Shown here piece by piece: positions 56,471 to 64,000 of a stretch of 64,000 bases of DNA; positions within the stretch are counted from its first letter, which is position 1; each line of letters begins with the position of its first letter. Source of the stretch: an uncultured Candidatus Rokubacteria bacterium. Its GTDB lineage: Bacteria > Methylomirabilota > Methylomirabilia > Rokubacteriales > DASRDR01. Where the stretch lies: NCBI GenBank assembly GCA_963805625.1, contig CAWDVE010000020.1, positions 12,521 to 76,520 on the forward strand, in the 5' to 3' direction. A model generated the notes under the pieces. The model ran no database searches. It was given only the letters and a program-made list of their open reading frames with translations, and was not told the origin of the DNA. The position numbers and the translations under genes are program-made.

Positions 56471-57914
56471 ATCCACCCGGCCCCACGCCGCCGGACCCCA
56501 TGTAGCCAGCGAGGAGCCGCGCGACCCACCGGCTCCCCAGGTCGGAGAGATGCCCGTCCCCCCGGAGCGTGAGCTGGGCCCGGTCCGCCTGCTCCCGCTG
56601 CATTACCTCGCCGAGGTCGTAGTGCACGATCCCGTGCTCCCGGCAGAAGGCTGCGAGCATCCGCGCGTAGACCGGCTCCTCGTCCCCGGCCTTGCCGGTG
56701 GCGAGGAACAGATGGACGAGCCGGAACCCGTGGCGCCGGGCGAGGTCCTGCATCTTGAGGAGCGCGCGCAGGTGGACGCGCATGGCCAGCGCATACCGGG
56801 GCTTACTCCGGAAGATGGGCTGGTCCCAGTCGCTCTGAGCCGCGGCGGCTGGGCGGGCCACGGAGCGCTCCAGGTGGTAGTACAGGAACTCGAGCGCGCG
56901 GTGAACGTAGAGTTCCCGCCACTGATCTCCCAGCCGCAGGCTGGGCTCGTACGGCGGCTGGATGTCGAAGTACGGCGTGGTGTGGTCCTCGACCGGGAGT
57001 GCCAGGAACCGTTCCATGTCCTGGTCCGACAGCGCTACCGTCAGGTCGAAGATGTCGTTGACCAGGAAGAAGTGGAACACGTAGCGGGGCGTGAGCGGGA
57101 GGCCGAACCGCTTGAGCACCTGGTATTCCTGATGGATCCCGGCGCCCTGCATGCCAAGGTTGGCGACCGGGCGGCCCAGGGCCTGCTCCAGGTGGTGGCG
57201 CACGGTCGACGTCTCCTCGACGCCGTGGCCGTAGATCATCGAGTCCCCGAGCAGCACCACGTCGGCGGCGGTGCGGTCCACGGGGTTGCGGAACCCCATC
57301 CAGTCGGTCTTGTGATGCCAGCGGTAGCCGTTAAAGTACATCTCGCGCTCGTAGTGAGGCCGCATCATCAGCATGTTCATCTCGGGGTTGAACCGGAAGA
57401 TGCCATGGGGGCGGTCGTCGTACCCGAACGCGAGATAGTTCCCGAGACGGTGGGGGAGCAGCGGCGTGAAGAGCCGGAAGCCGAGTTCGACCGTACCGAC
57501 TCCCAGGGCGAGCGCCACCAAGGTCAGCGCAACATTCGCGCGGCCCCGGAGGTACCCCCGCCGGAGGCTTCGCTCGAACCGGTGGACGGCCCCCCCGAGG
57601 CGGCCCAGCACCGGGATCCGCCGCCGGGCCAGGGTCGCGTAGAGCCCGTCGGTCAGGTCGAACAGGACCACGAGGAGCACGGCGGCGAGGAGGACCCGCA
57701 GCGGTCGCCCGCCGTGGGTGAGGCTCACGCGAAGGCCGAAGAAGTCCCTCCGCACCGCCCCCCCCGAGGCCACGAACAGAAAGGCCGCGAGCGAGAGGGT
57801 CCCCGCAACGTCGCAGGCGGTGGCGAGGAGTCGCCGGACGGTGACGGCCCCCAATCCCCTCTTCCCCCTCGGGCCCTCGGGGGAGAGGGCCAGGGCACCG
57901 CGCCCCGCTACCAT
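56469..57914 (-). CDS. Membrane-anchored SGNH/GDSL-like hydrolase family protein
   Basis: Track ORF 56469..58025 trimmed to the ATG at 57914. It has TM segments, then VVLLGDSMIYGHG (GDS block) and a C-terminal GDGHLS. The start is uncertain. Confidence 0.55.
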   Translation of the reverse strand: MVAGRGALALSPEGPRGKRGLGAVTVRRLLATACDVAGTLSLAAFLFVASGGAVRRDFFGLRVSLTHGGRPLRVLLAAVLLVVLFDLTDGLYATLARRRIPVLGRLGGAVHRFERSLRRGYLRGRANVALTLVALALGVGTVELGFRLFTPLLPHRLGNYLAFGYDDRPHGIFRFNPEMNMLMMRPHYEREMYFNGYRWHHKTDWMGFRNPVDRTAADVVLLGDSMIYGHGVEETSTVRHHLEQALGRPVANLGMQGAGIHQEYQVLKRFGLPLTPRYVFHFFLVNDIFDLTVALSDQDMERFLALPVEDHTTPYFDIQPPYEPSLRLGDQWRELYVHRALEFLYYHLERSVARPAAAAQSDWDQPIFRSKPRYALAMRVHLRALLKMQDLARRHGFRLVHLFLATGKAGDEEPVYARMLAAFCREHGIVHYDLGEVMQREQADRAQLTLRGDGHLSDLGSRWVARLLAGYMGSGGVGPGG

Positions 57915-58013
57915 CGGCTCATCAAAGGGTTCGGCAAGGCCACCGGGGTGCCGGTGCTTCTCCACACGACCTTCAATCTCAAGGGCGAGCCGATTCGTCA
58001 ATACGCCGGCTGA
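57900..58013 (+). pseudogene. Carbamoyltransferase (NodU/CmcH family) C-terminal remnant
   Basis: The end of + ORF 56184..58013 reads YHRLIKGFGKATGVPVLLHTTFNLKGEPIRQYAG-stop. This resembles the family motif LLNTSFN..GEPIV. Nothing upstream belongs to the family. Confidence 0.4.
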
Positions 58014-58701
58014 GGCGCTGGCCACCTAAGCCCAAGACCCGGTGGTCGTGCGAGACAACGTCGACGCTGGACCGCGCGTTCCGAAGCTCCTCGCGAGTTT
58101 CAGGGCTAGCCGAGACCGGCCGGCGCGTATGGCGACACGCAATCTCCAGCGGCACCGCCACATAGTGACTCTTCTCCGCCGACGACATCACGATGGCCGC
58201 TCGCTTGCCGCCGGGCTTGAGGGCGCGCCTTATGCTGGCCAGAGCGCCCGGGAGATCAGGAATGAACATTAGGCTGAGGCGAGAGATCGCCGCGTCGAAC
58301 GACTCTGATTCCCCGTCGAGCTGCTGAGCGTCCATCACCTGGGTCGTGACGTTGCTCAAGCCTACCTGGTGCGCCGTCTCGGCGGCAATCTTCAGCATCT
58401 GCGCCGCGATGTCGGTGGCCAGCACCGAGCCGGGGGGCCCGACGCGTCGAACGGCCAGGATGGTCTGTTCTCCCGTGCCTGCTGCCACATCGAGGACCCG
58501 GCTGCCGAGGACGATGTTCGCCATGTTGAGCATTGTTTCGGTTGCCACTCCCACGGACTGCGCGCGTGTCGTGGCGCTACCTCGCCACACGTCAGCCGCC
58601 GCGCGACCCGTACGGTCCGGCCTCCTCGTCCCGATTGTGCTAACCGGTCCCCATGATCCTTTCCTCCAACAACTAGGCGGGCTAACAGACCAGCCTCTCA
58701 C
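57979..58701 (-). CDS. Class I SAM-dependent methyltransferase (possibly C-terminally altered)
   Basis: RVLDVAAGTGEQT, VLATDIAAQML, FDAAISRLSLMF and LKPGGKRAAIV are present. The start is uncertain, and the 3' end overlaps neighbouring remnants. Confidence 0.6.
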   Translation of the reverse strand: MRGWSVSPPSCWRKGSWGPVSTIGTRRPDRTGRAAADVWRGSATTRAQSVGVATETMLNMANIVLGSRVLDVAAGTGEQTILAVRRVGPPGSVLATDIAAQMLKIAAETAHQVGLSNVTTQVMDAQQLDGESESFDAAISRLSLMFIPDLPGALASIRRALKPGGKRAAIVMSSAEKSHYVAVPLEIACRHTRRPVSASPETREELRNARSSVDVVSHDHRVLGLGGQRLSRRIDESARP

Positions 58702-58929
58702 CCGCGCAGTCGGGCGGACGGAGTTACTCGCATGCGCCTAATTCAATGTCGGTGGAAATCGCAAACCCGGTGGGGGCGCAGCGGTTGGCGGACTCCCGAG
58801 ACGTGCGCCCGGCGGCCGCACGTCTCAAGGGTCGCCTTACGCAGCGCAGCGCCTGTTCGCCGATCATGTACGACGGCGAGACCGTGGGGCTCGTCCGGCC
58901 AGGCTCCCCGTCGCAGCGGCGCGCAGAGG

Positions 58930-60342
58930 CTACGGGGCTCGCGCCGGCCACACCGGCGCGTGGTAGCCGAGCGGCACCGAGGGCCGGGCCCAGCGCGGTG
59001 GTGTCTCGGAGAGGCGCACCACCGGACCGAGATGGTGCAGCCGACCGGCCGGCGTCTCGCTCGTCATCGACCAGCGCTCCAGCTCCGCGGGGGTGAATTC
59101 CTTCGGCACGTCCTTCAGTTCGGCCTCCGGCACCTGGCCGCGTCCGACGAGCCAGCGCCCGGTCTGCGCCAGCGAGATGCGCACGAGCCAGCTGCCGCCC
59201 TCACGCACGCGGCGGGTGAGGGCCACCACCGCGCCAAACGCCATGAGATAGCCGGTCAGATAGTCGATCGCCGACACCGGATAGAACTGCGGGCCCGGCG
59301 CCGCGCCGGGGAAGAGCTCCCCCTGGCGGCTGGTGATGCCGCTGACCGTCTGCACGACCGTGTCGAAGCCGCGGCGCGACGCCCACGGTCCGACGTGGCT
59401 GAAGGCGCACAGCGAGACGTAGACGATCCCGGGCCGAAAGCGCGCCAGCGCCTCGGGCGAGAACCCGCGATCGCCAAGGGTGCCCGGCCGGTAACCCTGC
59501 GAGAACACGTCGGCCTCGCGGACGAGCCCGCGCAGGGTCTCGATGTCTTTCTGCTGGCGCAGATCGAGATGGGCGGAGAGCTTTCCGTGGCCGGTATCGT
59601 ATTCCTGATCGCCGAGATTCGGCAGGTGCGCAGCCGTGATCTTCAAGACGTCGGCGCCGTGCTCAGCGAGGCTGCGCGCGCAGGTCGGCCCGGCGAGAAC
59701 CCGCGTCAGGTCGAGTACCCGGATGCCCGACAACGGCCGATCCCCGTCGGGAAGCCTTTCCGGCGGGCTGTCGCCGATCTTGACGATCTCCATCAGCGGC
59801 AGCGAGGCGATCGCGGCGGCCTGCGGGTGCTGAACCCATTCGGTCATGGTGCGCACCATGCCGCCCGCGCCCTTCGCAGCGATGATCGCCTCCTCGAGCG
59901 CGAGCGCATCCCACTTCGCCACTGCCTGGCGCACCGCCTCGCGATCTTCCGGGACGCCAAGCACGTGGAGGGCGGCGGCACGATGGTTCGCGAAGTTGCA
60001 GTGGAGATAGCTCCAGCGCCCGTCCTTGGCCGGATAGAACCCCATCACCGTATTGTGCTCGGTCGACACGGGTGCCCCGTTCAGCTTCATGTAGCGCCCG
60101 CTGCGGAGCGAGGCCGTCGCCTGGCGGCTGTCGACCGCGACCGCCTGACGGCGCCCGGTGCGCAAGGCCCACAGATCGGACACGGCGAGGCCGACCACCG
60201 ACAGCGCGGCCGCCGCGGTCTCACCGATGCGGAACGGCGTCGGCAATATTGGATCGGTGCCACCGGTGATCTCGACCGTGCGGGCGCACTCTTCGCCCCA
60301 TTTGGCAATCGGCAAGATCGTGCGCAGGGCATCATTGGTCAT
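58930..60342 (-). CDS. CoA-transferase family III (CaiB/BaiF-type) protein with an N-terminal extension
   Basis: ATG at 60342 within track ORF 58930..61314. LSGIRVLDLTRVLAGPTCARSLAEHGADVLKI, SQGYRPG and GFDTVVQ are present. Confidence 0.85.
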   Translation of the reverse strand: MTNDALRTILPIAKWGEECARTVEITGGTDPILPTPFRIGETAAAALSVVGLAVSDLWALRTGRRQAVAVDSRQATASLRSGRYMKLNGAPVSTEHNTVMGFYPAKDGRWSYLHCNFANHRAAALHVLGVPEDREAVRQAVAKWDALALEEAIIAAKGAGGMVRTMTEWVQHPQAAAIASLPLMEIVKIGDSPPERLPDGDRPLSGIRVLDLTRVLAGPTCARSLAEHGADVLKITAAHLPNLGDQEYDTGHGKLSAHLDLRQQKDIETLRGLVREADVFSQGYRPGTLGDRGFSPEALARFRPGIVYVSLCAFSHVGPWASRRGFDTVVQTVSGITSRQGELFPGAAPGPQFYPVSAIDYLTGYLMAFGAVVALTRRVREGGSWLVRISLAQTGRWLVGRGQVPEAELKDVPKEFTPAELERWSMTSETPAGRLHHLGPVVRLSETPPRWARPSVPLGYHAPVWPARAP

Positions 60343-60891
60343 GGTCGGGTCCAGGCCTTTTCTGTCGGATGCGCTGGGGCTCCCAGGTCGTAGCTGTTCA
60401 TGTTGTACGCCAACACCGCATAGCAGGCGATCAGATTCGTCACGGTCATGGTCCCACGCTGAACCTGCTTTAGTGCCACGCTGGCTCTCCCCTTGCATCC
60501 TCGCTTCTAGAACAAGCTCGATGACCTGAGTCCAGGTATCGGCTCGCGGTGGCGGAAGTAGAGTTCGTAAAGACAATGATGTCAAACTGTTCAGCCCTGA
60601 GCCGCTCGACGTTGCCTGGGGAGTCCTCGATGTAGAGATCGGCACCGACCGCGGCCTTCTCCTGCATGAAGCAGAGGTACGAACTGCAGCTTGTCCGCGT
60701 GGAACAGTGAAGACGGGCCTTCCACCCCCTGCCGGGGGTTGTCGCCTCAGTGGCCGCCGGTTCCACGTGTAATGCCTCGCCGACCCTATTCCAGGACGGG
60801 CTTGAACACCCCAATAGCCCGGTGAAGGTGCGAGGGCTCCAGGCCATCGACCGCCGGACCAGCGCCGCACGGGCCCTCCTGGACCGCGTTG

Positions 60892-61190
60892 TACGAGGCT
60901 CTGGAGCGCCAGGGCGTGACGTACGCCGTCCGGCTCCGCCAATGACGTCCCGGGAGCGGGCCATCGAGGACCTCCTAACCCGGCCACGCGGGTGGCCCGG
61001 CCGCGCCGCGTGATCGGCAAGATCGAGCACCATCTCGGGGAGCTGTTCCCCCAGATCGGCTTCATCGTCACGACTCTCCCCGCGGCACGCCCGGTACTGC
61101 GTGCTCCAGCTGGCCGAGAGCTACTTGACGGGGAGTCTCTTTCGGCAGATTTTCGGGCGTATCGAACGACTCGCGTGGCACCCGACGTGA
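60892..61190 (+). pseudogene. IS1380-family transposase remnant (three frames, internal deletions)
   Basis: The pieces are [17 protein letters not shown]-stop, [19 protein letters not shown]-stop, [24 protein letters not shown] and [29 protein letters not shown]-stop. They are collinear with conserved blocks of IS1380-type transposases. Confidence 0.45.
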
Positions 61191-61458
61191 TCTGGAGCAC
61201 CGTACCGGGAGCGGGGGCAACGCGGCGGCGGTGTCTCCGAATGGCACGGTCAGAGTGACCAAGAAGCACCGGGGTCGCCCAGGCCCCAGGCTTCGTCAGA
61301 AGGACGGCCATCACGCTGTCGGGAAGGCTGAATGCGCTTTGAATGAGCTGACCGACGAGATGGTCTGCGCGGTGGCCGCCGCCACGGGGGCAGAGATCGG
61401 TCCAACTCGGAAATCCCGGGTAGGCCCGCTCAAGCTGGGACTTAGTTAGGGCTTGTCA

Positions 61459-62744
61459 CGAAATAAATGTACCAGATAATGGGATCGTGGCTGCTAGGGT
61501 ATCCCATGGATGGTGGCCGAGCAGGCCATTCGACGACGGTTCCGGCTGATCGAGCCGCACCTGGACGAGCGGCTGCGCCGGCTGGTGGCCGCGGCGGAAG
61601 TCGCGGCCGCGGACAGCGTGTCGGCGGTGGCCCGGGCCACAGGAGTGTCCCGGCGCGCCATTCGCGCTGGGGTCACGGAGCTGAAGGCCCGTGGCGCAGC
61701 GGCCCTGGCCCCGGGGCGGATCCGGCGTCCCGGAGGCGGGCGCAAGCGCACGGTCGACCAGGATCCGACGTTGGTGACGGACTTGGAAACGCTGATCGAA
61801 CCCACGACGCGCGGGGATCCGCAGTCCCCGCTGCGGTGGACCTGCAAGAGCGTCCGGCGCCTGGCCGCCGAGCTGACCCGCCAAGGGCATCGCACGAGCC
61901 ATCGGATGGTCGCCGCGTTGCTCCAGCAGTTGGGGTACAGCCTGCAGGCCAATCGGAAGACGATCGAGGGCACCCGGCACCCCGATCGCAATGCCCAGTT
62001 CGAGCACATCGCCGCCCGCGTCCAGGCCACGCTGCGCCAGGGCCAGCCGGCGATCTCTGTCGATACCAAGAAGAAGGAGCTCGTGGGGCCGTTCAAGAAT
62101 GCCGGTCGCGAATGGCGGGCCCACGGGCAGCCTCGGCCGGTGCGGGTCCACGACTTCGTGCAGCCGGAGCTGGGGCGCGCCATTCCCTACGGGGTCTACG
62201 ATCTGGGCGCCAACACCGGCTGGGTCAGTGTCGGCATCGACCACGACACGGCGGCGTTTGCCGTCGCGAGCATTCGCCACTGGTGGCAGGCCATGGGGCG
62301 CCGGGCCTATCCTCACGCCCGGCGGCTGCTGATCACGGCCGACGCCGGCGGGAGCAACGGCGCCCGCCGGCGGTTGTGGAAGGTCGAGCTGCAGAAACTG
62401 GCGGACCGCCTCCACCTGCCCATCACGGTGTGTCATTTCCCGCCCGGCACGAGCAAGTGGAACAAGATCGAACACCGCCTGTTCTCCTTCATCACTCAGA
62501 ACTGGCGCGGCCAGCCCCTGCTCAGTCACGCGGTCATTGTGAATCTGATCGCGGCCACCACGACCACCACGGGCCTCCGCGTGCGGGCGCGGCTGGACAC
62601 GACCCGGTATCCCTCGGGCCTCAAGGTCAGTCGCGCCACCCTGGAGGCCGTCCGCCTGCGGCCCGATCCGTTTCACGGGGACTGGAACTACACGATCCTT
62701 CCCACCCAGTCGGCAAAGCGATAGCATCTGGTCCATTTATTTCG
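61459..62744 (+). mobile_element. Apparently intact ISAzo13-family insertion sequence with 19-bp terminal inverted repeats
   Basis: IRL is CGAAATAAATGTACCAGAT (61459-61477). IRR is the reverse complement of 62726-62744, CGAAATAAATGGACCAGAT (18 of 19 match). They flank a single transposase ORF. Confidence 0.75.
61510..62724 (+). CDS. ISAzo13-family DDE transposase
   Basis: 404 aa. RRPGGGRK, TRGDPQSPLRWTCKS, SVDTKKKELVGPFKN, AIPYGVYD, ITADAGGSNG, CHFPPGTSKWNKIEHRLFS and FHGDWNYTI are present. Confidence 0.85.
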   Translation: MVAEQAIRRRFRLIEPHLDERLRRLVAAAEVAAADSVSAVARATGVSRRAIRAGVTELKARGAAALAPGRIRRPGGGRKRTVDQDPTLVTDLETLIEPTTRGDPQSPLRWTCKSVRRLAAELTRQGHRTSHRMVAALLQQLGYSLQANRKTIEGTRHPDRNAQFEHIAARVQATLRQGQPAISVDTKKKELVGPFKNAGREWRAHGQPRPVRVHDFVQPELGRAIPYGVYDLGANTGWVSVGIDHDTAAFAVASIRHWWQAMGRRAYPHARRLLITADAGGSNGARRRLWKVELQKLADRLHLPITVCHFPPGTSKWNKIEHRLFSFITQNWRGQPLLSHAVIVNLIAATTTTTGLRVRARLDTTRYPSGLKVSRATLEAVRLRPDPFHGDWNYTILPTQSAKR

Positions 62745-62918
62745 CACCGGGTCCTTAGGCGGCATGGGGGGAGATCTGGAGCAGAGCCAAGATCGGGGGG
62801 TCTGGTCAGTGGCGACCCCAGGTGAGGACCTCGACCTCGCGGGACGTAGAGTTCTCGTGCCTCCTACCGGACCACCCCGGGAGGCCCGGACGGCCATGAC
62901 CACCCGGTGGTGACGGGC

Positions 62919-64000
62919 ATGTCCAACCCGGAAACCCCGCCGAGCTCGGTCTCACCCTCGTCGATCGCCCGCTCGGCACGGGCCGTCAGCGGGGTCTGGC
63001 TGACGGCGGGCCCGGTGCAAGAATCCATTGAGGGCCTGCTCCTCGAGCTGCTCTTACCCAACCAGCCTAACCCTGGGCTCCGCGAGGCGCTCGTCGAGGA
63101 GCTGGGGCGGCCCGTGAAGAAGCTGGATGTGGCGCTGGAATATCTCGGGCTCCGCCCGGCGGGGCTCGATGTCGACGGGCCGGTGCCGCTTCACCTGGTA
63201 GCGCCGAAGCCGGGTCGGGACCCGTGGCGCGAGGCGCTCGTCACCCCAGGCGGCGACTGTCCGCTCGGGCTGGTGCTGGCGACGAGCGACCAGGGCCGAG
63301 TGGCCCTCGTCCACGAGGTCTACGGCCATCTGGGGGCGGCCGAGCGGCGCCTCGTCCAGCGCTACGCGACGATGGTCGTGGCGGGTGCGCCGCATGACGT
63401 GATCGTCGACCGACTGCAGCGCGGGCTCGAGATCTTCGCGACGGTCCTGGCGGCTGCGCGCCGGCAGGTGCAAATCCTGGATCCCTCCGTTTTGTGGAGC
63501 GCCGACGGCAGGATCCGCGTGCAGTTCGGCAGCCCGGCCCAGACCACACGTAACCTCTTACGGGAAGGGGTGGACGGCGAGCACGTCTTCGTACTGCCGG
63601 CGGCCTTCGTCGATGACCGCACGAACTATGGTGACGTCGAGTTCGTCGTCTATCTGAACTTTTTCGTCCGCCGCGGCGTCCGAACGCGCATCGTTGGGAC
63701 GGCACAGCAGCGTGATTCGCTGGCCGAGCTCTTGACGCTGACGATCTTCGGGGTCTTCGACCCGCGGGTGCGACAGCAGCCGTCGTTCGAGGAGCTCCGG
63801 CAACGCTACGGGGTGCCAGACCGGGAGACCTACGACTTCTTGCGGCTCGCCCACGAGACCTTCGCGGTGCGGGCACTGTCCGAGGCGGACAGCGCCGTGC
63901 TTCCCGCGGACGCGTATTTCGCCTACACCGTGCTCGCCGAGGACGGGGAGACCGTCGTGCCCGCCAGCGGAGGGAGCGAAGTCCGGCTGCGCCCATGCCC
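62919..64000 (+). CDS. Hypothetical protein, N-terminal ~360 aa (ORF runs off the 3' edge of the window)
   Basis: Absent from the ORF track because there is no stop in the window. The frame is open from the stop at 62847-62849 to 64000. Candidate starts are GTG 62907, GTG 62910 and ATG 62919. The sequence is MSNPETPPSSVSPSS...VALVHEVYGHLGAAERRLVQRY...FVVYLNFFVRRGVRTRIVG... with normal composition. The minus-strand ORFs 63054..63473 and 63241..63996 are Arg-rich shadows. Confidence 0.5.
   Translation, partial: MSNPETPPSSVSPSSIARSARAVSGVWLTAGPVQESIEGLLLELLLPNQPNPGLREALVEELGRPVKKLDVALEYLGLRPAGLDVDGPVPLHLVAPKPGRDPWREALVTPGGDCPLGLVLATSDQGRVALVHEVYGHLGAAERRLVQRYATMVVAGAPHDVIVDRLQRGLEIFATVLAAARRQVQILDPSVLWSADGRIRVQFGSPAQTTRNLLREGVDGEHVFVLPAAFVDDRTNYGDVEFVVYLNFFVRRGVRTRIVGTAQQRDSLAELLTLTIFGVFDPRVRQQPSFEELRQRYGVPDRETYDFLRLAHETFAVRALSEADSAVLPADAYFAYTVLAEDGETVVPASGGSEVRLRPC

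Noticed and set aside
56184-58013. 609-aa + strand ORF
   Set aside because: Only its first ~60 aa (TPR-like) and last ~35 aa (carbamoyltransferase-like) resemble real proteins. The middle is the Glu/Arg/Pro-rich antisense of the SGNH-like gene. I treated it as two remnants rather than one gene.
58732-60393. 553-aa + strand ORF
   Set aside because: It is the antisense shadow of the CoA-transferase family III gene, which has the RVLDLT..AGP motif on the minus strand.
63054-63996. Minus-strand ORFs 63054..63473 and 63241..63996
   Set aside because: They are Arg/Pro-rich. The + strand carries a long open frame with normal composition running off the window.

Overview
High-GC bacterial chromosomal window. 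Positions 1 to about 51.2 kb are a tightly packed core region. It contains glnD (partial), a NitT/TauT-type ABC importer, a GT39-like glycosyltransferase, hisC, copC/copD, an M28 peptidase and the tatD-DUF2914-metG-ricT-holB-tmk block. It also contains an HDAC-like gene coupled to moaC, an eight-gene operon with interleaved molybdate and tungstate importers, a cyclophilin and nrtR-nadA-nadC-nifS. Further on come typA, a DEAD-box helicase, tatC, rsmI, clpX-clpP-tig-tRNA-Leu, an OmpA-family lipoprotein and a cluster of RRM and Cys-rich small proteins. From about 51.3 kb to the end the sequence is visibly less GC-rich and looks accessory. It holds three degenerate tRNA-like units, each with a conserved hairpin, a tyrosine-recombinase remnant, several gene fragments, a decayed IS1380-type element and one intact ISAzo13-type IS. 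The ORF track is inflated by high-GC shadow ORFs and by N-terminal over-extension. I re-assigned many starts, six of them at 4-nt GTGA/ATGA stop-start overlaps. Two probable genes are absent from the track: an RRM protein that can only start at ATT, and an ORF running off the 3' edge. I found no rRNA, no CRISPR array and no recognisable defence or toxin system. The most unusual items are the tRNA-like repeat units, the ATT-start RRM gene, the interleaved Mo/W operon with its phased decamer repeats and structured leaders, and two NrtR-type operators. All family assignments come from reading motifs by eye and need database confirmation.
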